Positions 56,981 to 64,000 of a stretch of DNA of 64,000 nt are shown in pieces; positions within the stretch are counted from its first letter, which is position 1, and every line of letters begins with the position of its first letter. The translations under genes were made by a program, and so were the position numbers. The notes beneath the pieces were generated by a model, which made no database searches, was not told the DNA's origin, and was given only the letters and a program-made list of their open reading frames with translations. This DNA comes from Longimicrobiales bacterium (GTDB lineage: Bacteria; Gemmatimonadota; Gemmatimonadetes; Longimicrobiales; Gaopeijiaceae): positions 576,001-640,000 of the forward strand of contig CBDBCF010000001.1 in assembly GCA_965202985.1 (NCBI GenBank). The letters are read 5' to 3'.

Positions 56981-57522
56981 CGACGGCGCGAGCGACGGCG
57001 ACCGTCGCGGTGCTCTTGGGCGTCTGGGGGTGCGGCGTCGGGTCGGCCGGGGCGGATGCTCCGTTTCCCGGATCGGCGGCCAGCTTGGAGGCGCTTGGCA
57101 GGGGCGTCTTCGAGTCTTTCACGCGGAACGATCGCGAAGCGCTGGAGGCGTTTCGGCTCACCGAGGACGAGCACAACACAGTGGTGTGGCCCGAGCTGCC
57201 GGCCGCCCGGGCCGACGAGACGCCGTTTCCGCTGGACTTGGCGTGGCGCAACATTCAGCTTCGGAACGGGCGGGCGGTTCCGAGGGCGGCGGAGGCGTTG
57301 CGGCGAGCGGGAGCGGAGGCGTTCGAGGGCGCGGAGTGCCGGGGCGCCGCGCGGTCCTTCGAGACGTTCGTGGTCCACACGGACTGCCGCGTGCGCTTCC
57401 GGGCGACGGGAGGCGCGCGCTACGATATTCTTCTCTTCAAGGACGCGCTGGAGAGGAACGGAGGCTACAAGGTGTTTCGCTACTACGACGAGGACCCGGA
57501 GCGATTGCGGGACGAACCGTGA
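56977..57522 (+). CDS. Hypothetical lipoprotein
   Basis: Hydrophobic stretch plus VWGC, then protein-like sequence up to a GTGA overlap with the regulator; start uncertain (56977-57010). Confidence 0.6.
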   Translation: MTTARATATVAVLLGVWGCGVGSAGADAPFPGSAASLEALGRGVFESFTRNDREALEAFRLTEDEHNTVVWPELPAARADETPFPLDLAWRNIQLRNGRAVPRAAEALRRAGAEAFEGAECRGAARSFETFVVHTDCRVRFRATGGARYDILLFKDALERNGGYKVFRYYDEDPERLRDEP

Positions 57523-58256
57523 CGGCGTTGGCCGCCGGGTCCGCCGTCAAGCGGGTTCTGGTCGTCGAGGACGAGGACGACATCGCCGCCCTGGTGTCCT
57601 TCCAGCTTGCCCGGGAGGGCTACCACGTGGACACGGCACGAAGCGGGTCGGCGGCGTTGAGCGCGCTGCAACGGGGGACGCCCGACCTGGTCGTGCTGGA
57701 CCGGATGCTTCCCGGCGTGTCCGGCGACGACGTGCTGCGGGCGATCCGCGGCGATTCGGCCACGCGCGGGTTGCCTGTACTGGTGCTCAGCGCCAAGCGG
57801 GAGGACGAGGAACGGGTCGCCGGCCTGGAGCTGGGCGCCGACGACTATCTTACCAAGCCGTTCAGCCTCCGGGAGCTGGTGTTGCGGGTAGACGCCATCC
57901 TGCGGCGCTCCCGCAGCGAACTGCAGCACGCCAAAGGCGGTGGCCGCATCCTCCGGTCCGGACCCCTGAAGGTCGATCTCGGAGCGCTGCGCGTGACGCT
58001 GAATGGCGAAGAAGTGCAGCTTACGCCAACGGAGTTTCGCCTGCTCCGGACGCTCTTGGGGCGAATCGGCCGCACGCAAGGCCGTCGCCAGCTGCTAGTG
58101 GACGCTTGGCAGCTGGCTCCCCGCGCCGCCGACCGCATCCACACGCGCACCGTGGACATGCACGTCCGACGCCTGCGCGCCAAGCTTGGCCCCGCCGGCG
58201 ACCGGATCGAGACCGTGCGCGGCTTCGGGTACCGGTTCCGGCGGGACGGAGGGTAA
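57519..58256 (+). CDS. OmpR/PhoB-family response regulator (PhoB-like)
   Basis: VLVVEDE, DLVVLD.MLP, GADDYLTKPFS, LTPTEFRLL, RTVDMHVRRLRAKL, IETVRGFGY. Confidence 0.93.
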   Translation: MTALAAGSAVKRVLVVEDEDDIAALVSFQLAREGYHVDTARSGSAALSALQRGTPDLVVLDRMLPGVSGDDVLRAIRGDSATRGLPVLVLSAKREDEERVAGLELGADDYLTKPFSLRELVLRVDAILRRSRSELQHAKGGGRILRSGPLKVDLGALRVTLNGEEVQLTPTEFRLLRTLLGRIGRTQGRRQLLVDAWQLAPRAADRIHTRTVDMHVRRLRAKLGPAGDRIETVRGFGYRFRRDGG

Positions 58257-58421
58257 CGGGGGGCCGAAGCGCCCTTGGGGGGAGACGCGCGGCCCGCGCT
58301 TCCTGGCACCCTGTCCGAGCTTGCCCGCAATCCGTCCTCGTCTTATTGTCATGGCGGTCAGCGGCCAGCCACTTGCGCGCAGCGGGAATCGAAGTAGAAC
58401 ATCGGGGATGTTCGGTCGGGG

Positions 58422-58715
58422 TCAGGTGGCACGACCGGACATCCCCGCGCCCGCAGCCATTGGAACGGCGGGAACGCTCACGGGCACCAGCAGCTCCCCG
58501 TCCGAGCGTGCGGCCAGAGCTTGGAGTGCCGGGGGAAGCGGGTCTCCATGCTCCACGCGTGATTCCGCGATCTTGCGCGCGAGTCCTTGGGCGATCTCGG
58601 CCACTTCCACGACGCTGCAGCCCTCGGCAACCAGCCCGGGCACGTCGGGACTCGTCGCCAGGTAGCCGCCTTCCTGCAGCGGCTCCACGCGAAGACGAAT
58701 CGTCACCTCGTCCAC
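58422..58715 (-). CDS. HicB-like antitoxin domain protein
   Basis: EGGYLATSPDVPGLVAEG.SV.E...HGDPLP. Confidence 0.8.
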   Translation of the reverse strand: MDEVTIRLRVEPLQEGGYLATSPDVPGLVAEGCSVVEVAEIAQGLARKIAESRVEHGDPLPPALQALAARSDGELLVPVSVPAVPMAAGAGMSGRAT

Positions 58716-58720
58716 CAGTC

Positions 58721-59371
58721 CTACTCCAGCGGCGCCGTCTCGAGCTTGGAGACGTGGAGGTTCAGCCCGTGGTTGACGCGGAAGCCGTAGACGCCGTCCG
58801 AGGGGAAGTCCCCGCGGGGAAGGTCGGCCACCTCCTGGCCGTTCACTAGGAAGCGCACGGCTTGAGGGCCGGCCTCCAGGACCAGAACGTTCTTGATGGT
58901 GGCACCGCCTTCCTCGCGGTCGGCGAAGGACAAAACGGCGTCGTGGGCAGTCCACGGCAGCACGGTCGGCGCCTCCGGGCCTTCGCGCCGCTTGACGATG
59001 AACTCGCCGCCGTTGCGGATCAGGAAGTACGAGTACTCGATCTCGTCGCCGTCCATGGCTTGGCCGCCCACGAAGATGCCGAAGGCTTCCCGCCGTTCCC
59101 CGGGGTCGAAGAGAAACACCTCCATCTCCACGCGGAAGTTGCCCGACGCCTCCATCTCCGGCCCCCAGTAGACGGCCGGGGGGCCCGACGTGACGTGCCA
59201 GCCCGGGGGCATATCCACGAACATCTCGAGGTCGTCTTCCGAGCGATCCGGCGTGTCGAAGCGGACTTGCCAGCCTTCGGGCCGCTCCAGGTCCTGCGCG
59301 GCGACGGCCGAGGACGACGAGAACGCAACTAGGGCGAGAACGACGAGAACAGGACGGAACGCGACGCGCAC
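58721..59371 (-). CDS. Hypothetical secreted beta-sandwich protein
   Basis: AAGGAGG RBS; signal peptide ...VAA-Q; beta-rich body. Confidence 0.75.
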   Translation of the reverse strand: MRVAFRPVLVVLALVAFSSSSAVAAQDLERPEGWQVRFDTPDRSEDDLEMFVDMPPGWHVTSGPPAVYWGPEMEASGNFRVEMEVFLFDPGERREAFGIFVGGQAMDGDEIEYSYFLIRNGGEFIVKRREGPEAPTVLPWTAHDAVLSFADREEGGATIKNVLVLEAGPQAVRFLVNGQEVADLPRGDFPSDGVYGFRVNHGLNLHVSKLETAPLE

Positions 59372-59591
59372 CGGCAACCTCCTTGGTCGAGTGGACGGGT
59401 TCCCTGGCCGAAGCGACAACCGACAGTCGGCGGCGCGGGGCCCCGCAAAGGGTCGGGGAGTCGATCAAGATCGGGAACGAAGCGCTGCCTCGTCAAGCCA
59501 AGAGCGCGTCCGCGCGTCGCCGAGCCTCGCGGACCGCTCGAGGAGCCGGCCAGGGGCGCGCCGTCGCCATGTGGCCACGGCATCGCGCGCC

Positions 59592-60281
59592 TCACGCCTC
59601 GCAGAGCCTCTCGAACGCTGCCACGGCGATCCGCCCGCAGGCGGCTCGGACCGTGTCCCAGTCGTGCCAACGAGGGGCGAGTCCCTTGTACTCGGACAGC
59701 TTTGTCCCTTCAAGATCGAAGGGCATCGGGTTCGCCAGCTGCGCATGGAGCTGCTGCAACGGCGATTCTCCGTTCTCTTGGCGGTAGAGGTCGTCGAACG
59801 GCCGCAACCCGTCTGCGCACCGGCAATCCCCCATCCGGTCCGCCAGGGCCACGAAGTCCAGGTAGTCGCGGGTGGCGTTCCGCTTGAGGATCAGGACCGC
59901 CTTGATGCGAAGGATCTCCGCTTCCGTCGGGATGGTGATCCGTCCGCCGCTCGTGGTCAGCTGGGCGGTCTCGAGGGGTGCTTGCCTGATCATCTGGCGC
60001 ACGCCGGTCTCGATGCCGTCCAAGCTCCCCAAGATCATGACCGGGCGGGCCGTTCGGGCCGTCCTCCACCCGGCGACGGATTCCAAGTCGGCGAGAACTC
60101 GGTCGAAGCGGGACCGCAGGTCGGCGACAACGTGATCCGCGTCTTCCGACAGTCGATGCTTCCCGTAAACGGCCGCGGCGGTGCCTCCCACGAGAACGGC
60201 GCCGGGCACGAACCGCTGCAATCGGGCCGCCGCCGACAGGACCCGTTCCCAGTCAGGAAGCGCTTGCGTGCTCTCGGGCAT
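59592..60281 (-). CDS. AbiEii/DUF1814-like nucleotidyltransferase toxin
   Basis: LVGGTA, HRLSEDAD, K......RNATRDYLD. Confidence 0.8.
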   Translation of the reverse strand: MPESTQALPDWERVLSAAARLQRFVPGAVLVGGTAAAVYGKHRLSEDADHVVADLRSRFDRVLADLESVAGWRTARTARPVMILGSLDGIETGVRQMIRQAPLETAQLTTSGGRITIPTEAEILRIKAVLILKRNATRDYLDFVALADRMGDCRCADGLRPFDDLYRQENGESPLQQLHAQLANPMPFDLEGTKLSEYKGLAPRWHDWDTVRAACGRIAVAAFERLCEA

Positions 60282-60480
60282 AGAGCATCCAGAAGTGGTG
60301 GCGCTGGGCGTAGGGGTCGGCGATGCGGGCGGCGCAGACGCGCTCGATGCGGGACAGGACGGCGGGATCGTCCAGGGCGGCGCGACGCAGGTCCAGCCAG
60401 TCCTGCCAAGAGCCGCGGGCAACGATGTCGTCCACCGCGGCCAGCGTGAACCGCTCGTGGTTCAGGTGGCGGTGGCGCAC
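60253..60480 (-). CDS. Small upstream partner (putative antitoxin)
   Basis: 75-aa helical ORF overlapping the NTase start; AVDDIVARGSWQDW. Confidence 0.65.
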   Translation of the reverse strand: MRHRHLNHERFTLAAVDDIVARGSWQDWLDLRRAALDDPAVLSRIERVCAARIADPYAQRHHFWMLYAREHASAS

Positions 60481-60505
60481 CGGCGTCGGCCGAGACTGCG
60501 GCCCG

Positions 60506-63184
60506 TCAGCGGCCTCGGCTGCGCCCGCTCCCGCCGATGGGGTCGCCCGGCGGGAGCCGAAGCGACGGCGACGGCACCGTGTTTTCGATTCGGGCCTGCC
60601 AGCGGCGGATGTCGGCGTGGACCAAGCGTTCGTGGGCCGAGCGGTCCAGGCGGTCGCCCGCGATGCGGTTGCTTAGGCGCCCGGCCAGTCGGCCCAACCC
60701 CGAGTTCATGTTCTCGGTGAGCCCTTCCAGGCGGCCGGCCAGCCGGTCCAGCCGGTCCGACAGCACGGCGCGAACCTCGGGCGCGGTCGCCTCGGCGCTC
60801 GCCTGCTGCATCATCCGGTCCACCACGGCGCGCTGGATGGCGTGGAGCACCTGCAAACTGTACTCGTCGTCCGGCTTGTCGACGCCCCACGTCGCGTCGA
60901 CCAAGCGGTCGGTCACCTCTTCCAGGTTGGGGTAGCCCTCGTCCATGCTGCCGTAGACGACCAGGCGCGCCATGCGTTGCGGCTGCAGGATCTCGCCAAC
61001 CGTGAAGCGGGCCGCCGCGGCCGCCGCGCCCACGGGGTCGAAGAGCAGTCCGGTGTGGCCTTGGAAGACTTCGCCCTCCTGATGTCGGAACGCCGGCGGC
61101 GGGATCATCGCCGCGATCTCTTCGGGCAACGCCAGGAAGTCCACGGTCAGCGCCGACAAGATCGTCTCCAGCGCGTCCCGCTGCTCGTCGCCGTCGACGA
61201 TCGTCACCGGCGTCTGGCCGTCGCCGCGCACGGCGTAGCGATAGTCGGCCCCGCCCAGGCTCTGGGCCGCGGCGCGCAGCTGGAAGCGATGGTGCATGTA
61301 GAGCGGCAGCAGCACGTACTCCAAGTCGGACAGCGGCCTGCCGTGACGGACGACCTGTTCGCCGAACTTCTCCATGCCGATGTCGCGGACGCGGATCTCG
61401 TGCTTCAGGTGGTCAACCAAGTTGGCCCCATTGTCCCACACGCCGGCGTACGGATGGGCTGCGCCGATGAAGTTGTTGTTCGAGTGGGCCATGAACACCA
61501 GGCCGTCGCGGATGCCCTGCTCCACGATCTCTTCAAGCGCCGCCCGTTCGTCGGCGCCCGAGGGGAACTCGCGGTACAGCCAGTTGACGGACAGCTCGTC
61601 GTAGGTGCCGATCCGCTGCACGTAGGCGTTGGACAGGTCCAGCTCGCCGTCCACGATCTCGACCAGGGGCGCGGGATAGTCCATGACGCTTTCGCGCCCG
61701 AAGGTGCTGGCCAGGTAGTTGTGGGGGAAGCCCAGCGTGTGCCCCACCTCGTGGGCCGACAGTTGCCGAACCCGCGCCAACGCCATTTCCACGGCCTCTT
61801 CGCTGGACGCCTCGGGGCCGGCCATGGCCACCTCCGCCAAGTACTCGAAGGCGGGCATGGCCGAAAGGCCGCAAGCCGCCCCCGCAACCGCGTCGGGCGG
61901 AAATGCGTCCGACGGGAAGTGTCCCGAATGCGCGCCGTCCTGATGGTCCGCGCCGTCGCCGGCCGCGAAGTCGGCAACCATGCCCTGGCCGAGCAGGTAG
62001 TCCTGCCGGAGACGGAGGCTGCCCAAGTTCACCACGCCGCGAATGATCTCGCCGGTGCGCGGGTCCACGACCGAGTTGCCGTACGAATACCCGCGCGTTC
62101 GGCGGTGCGTCCAGTGGATCATGTTGTAGCGGATGTCCTGGGGGTCCACGCCGGCGGGAAGGACCTCGACCCGGAACGCGTCGACGAACCCCGCGGCCTC
62201 GAACGCGTCGACCCACCAGAGGGCGCCCTCCACCAGCGCGCTCCGGATGGGCTCCGGCGTTCCGGGGTCCACGTAGTAGACGATCGGCTCGACGGGCGCC
62301 GACGGTTCGGCTGTCGGGTCGCGCTTGACCAAGCGGTGGCGCGCGACCAGGCGAAGGCGCATGTCCTGGTCGATCGGCGTCGCATAGTCGAAGATCGTGG
62401 GACCGTTGACGCCGATGCGCGGGTCCGCGATCCGCGTGCGGTAGCCGTCGTCCGGCAACTGGATGAACGAGTGGTGCTGGCGCAGCGTCACGGCCTGCGG
62501 GTTGGCGGCCACGCCACGAACCAAGCCGCCGGGGTTGTCGCTGGCGAAGGTCAGGAGCGCCTCGACCTCGGTGTTCTCGGGAAAGGAGCGGGTCGCGGGC
62601 ATGTGAATGGCCGAACGGGACTTGTCGAGGCGGAACGTCCCCTGGCCTCGCTGCGCGATCTGACCGATCACGTTGCGGGCGTCGCGCACGAAGAAGGGCG
62701 TCGCATCCACCAGCACCCGGCCGTCCGATTCGGCCACGACGTCGAAGCCCCAGTAGACGGACGGCGCGAAGGCGTCGCGGACGGCCTGCACCTCGGTTGG
62801 GTTGTCGCTGCGTGCCTGGAACTGGTAGTTGGGCTGCATCAGGAGGAGCCGAGGACCGGCGCGTCGCGGTTCCAGAACGTAGGTTCCCCGCAGCTGGCCG
62901 CGGTCGATGCCCACGGGGTTGGACCCCAGGCCCGAGCCCATGGACACTTGGTAGAGGAACTCTCCGCCCTCCGGGTCCATCTCCCAGTAGAGGGCGCCCC
63001 GGGCCGCATCCCAGTACAGGTTGAAGAAGCCCTCCATGGCGGTGGCGGCCTCGATCTTCTCGGCGATCGTCGGCAGCGGCTCTTGGGCGGTCGACGGGGC
63101 GGGCGCGAACGCGCCGCAGGCGGCCGCGAGCAGGGACAGCGTCAGGACGCGGGCGGAAACGGCGAGGGAATCGAAGATGGACAT
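60506..63184 (-). CDS. Secreted zinc-dependent metalloprotease (DUF5117 + Met-zincin DUF4953-like)
   Basis: AHEVGHTLGFPHN, SVMDYP Met-turn, PIVYYVD, DPRTGEII. Confidence 0.92.
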   Translation of the reverse strand: MSIFDSLAVSARVLTLSLLAAACGAFAPAPSTAQEPLPTIAEKIEAATAMEGFFNLYWDAARGALYWEMDPEGGEFLYQVSMGSGLGSNPVGIDRGQLRGTYVLEPRRAGPRLLLMQPNYQFQARSDNPTEVQAVRDAFAPSVYWGFDVVAESDGRVLVDATPFFVRDARNVIGQIAQRGQGTFRLDKSRSAIHMPATRSFPENTEVEALLTFASDNPGGLVRGVAANPQAVTLRQHHSFIQLPDDGYRTRIADPRIGVNGPTIFDYATPIDQDMRLRLVARHRLVKRDPTAEPSAPVEPIVYYVDPGTPEPIRSALVEGALWWVDAFEAAGFVDAFRVEVLPAGVDPQDIRYNMIHWTHRRTRGYSYGNSVVDPRTGEIIRGVVNLGSLRLRQDYLLGQGMVADFAAGDGADHQDGAHSGHFPSDAFPPDAVAGAACGLSAMPAFEYLAEVAMAGPEASSEEAVEMALARVRQLSAHEVGHTLGFPHNYLASTFGRESVMDYPAPLVEIVDGELDLSNAYVQRIGTYDELSVNWLYREFPSGADERAALEEIVEQGIRDGLVFMAHSNNNFIGAAHPYAGVWDNGANLVDHLKHEIRVRDIGMEKFGEQVVRHGRPLSDLEYVLLPLYMHHRFQLRAAAQSLGGADYRYAVRGDGQTPVTIVDGDEQRDALETILSALTVDFLALPEEIAAMIPPPAFRHQEGEVFQGHTGLLFDPVGAAAAAARFTVGEILQPQRMARLVVYGSMDEGYPNLEEVTDRLVDATWGVDKPDDEYSLQVLHAIQRAVVDRMMQQASAEATAPEVRAVLSDRLDRLAGRLEGLTENMNSGLGRLAGRLSNRIAGDRLDRSAHERLVHADIRRWQARIENTVPSPSLRLPPGDPIGGSGRSRGR

Positions 63185-63339
63185 GCGTTCAACCTTTCGG
63201 ATGGACGGACCGTTTGGACGTAGCGGATGCGGCACAGGCGAACGACGCGCAGGACTCTGCGATGCGCGACGCGGGAAGAGATTGGAGATCGGGCGCGAAG
63301 CGCGCAAGGCGCGGGGCGGACGCAGGGGGCGCATCGGCC

Positions 63340-63999
63340 CTAATCGACGCCCACCAGGTCGCACTGCTTGCAGACCCACTGCAGGCCGGCGCCCAGGTTG
63401 TTCAGGTCGAGGGTCTCCAGTTCGGCCTTCACGTCGGCGCCGGGGGCGAACCGCTGGTCGTCCAGCATGTCGCTTTCGACCCAGAAGGTGTAGCTGAGGA
63501 ACTGTCCGCCCGAAGGCTGATGCACGGTGAGTCGTCCCCAGGCGCCGTGCCCCAGCGGCCCCAGCATGGCCTTGCCCAGGACACGGCCGAAGTCGGAGCC
63601 GCCCGTCACCTTGAACACCTTGTAGATGTTGCTCTTGCGCGCGACCTCCCGAACCTTGCCCTTCACTACGGCCTCGTCGGAAGCGCTCTCCGGCCGCACC
63701 GCCCGGATCGGGTTGTCCGGTGGGGCGATGGGACTCGGGCGGTTCGCCAACGGCGTGGGCATGCGGGCGCTGGCGCGTCCCTTCTCCAGCCATTCGCGCA
63801 GGTTGCGGGTCTCGATGGGCCGCAGCGGTCGGCCGTCGATGGTGCGCGTGGTGTGGCTCAGCAACGAGTCGAAGATGTCTTCCGGGGTCGGGGGCGGCAC
63901 TTTACTTGCCATGGCGTGGACGTGCGACCGCGCCAGGATGCGCCGAACGTCCTGCTCCGCGATGTGAATGCCCTCTCTGGCCAAGCTGTCCCTGCACCA
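63340..63999 (-). CDS. Hypothetical protein (5' truncated by window edge)
   Basis: Frame is open to the window end; protein-like composition; no family recognised. Confidence 0.6.
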   Translation of the reverse strand, partial: WCRDSLAREGIHIAEQDVRRILARSHVHAMASKVPPPTPEDIFDSLLSHTTRTIDGRPLRPIETRNLREWLEKGRASARMPTPLANRPSPIAPPDNPIRAVRPESASDEAVVKGKVREVARKSNIYKVFKVTGGSDFGRVLGKAMLGPLGHGAWGRLTVHQPSGGQFLSYTFWVESDMLDDQRFAPGADVKAELETLDLNNLGAGLQWVCKQCDLVGVD

Positions 64000-64000
64000 C

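Overview
A 64 kb window from a high-GC bacterium. The many secreted 6-bladed beta-propeller lipoproteins, choice-of-anchor-B proteins, TonB-dependent receptor, Rpn nuclease and toxin-antitoxin (TA) loci resemble Gemmatimonadota, possibly a host-associated lineage; this placement is inference only. The first ~14.4 kb is accessory DNA and holds the most interesting element. The 3' end of an ECF sigma-factor gene is followed by three copies of a conserved ECF-promoter-like motif (252, 2739, 11616). Each copy precedes small signal-peptide-bearing genes, mostly Cys-rich peptides, several of which the ORF track misses or calls only in part. These cassettes are linked to three paralogous beta-propeller lipoproteins and a CxxC thioredoxin-fold lipoprotein, which together form a candidate ECF-controlled secreted disulfide-peptide/propeller system. 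Interleaved with them are an AbrB-VapC-Fic operon, a segment bounded by 59-bp direct repeats, a decayed AlbA_2/HATPase gene and a LigD fragment. The rest of the window is mostly housekeeping, transport and defence genes: speB, thyX, a CoA-transferase, an ABC-ATPase/DUF4276 pair, amidohydrolases, aminotransferases, pdxH, two divergent HPr-kinase-like genes, feoAB plus a Fe/B12-type ABC transporter behind a Fur-like box, yigZ, a cold-shock gene, Rpn, a PhoB-linked TonB-receptor/lipoprotein module, an AbiEii-like pair and a Met-zincin protease. Several frameshifts and a 33-G run may be sequencing artefacts. I recognised no rRNA, tRNA or CRISPR array. Family assignments come from motif recognition by eye, not database searches.
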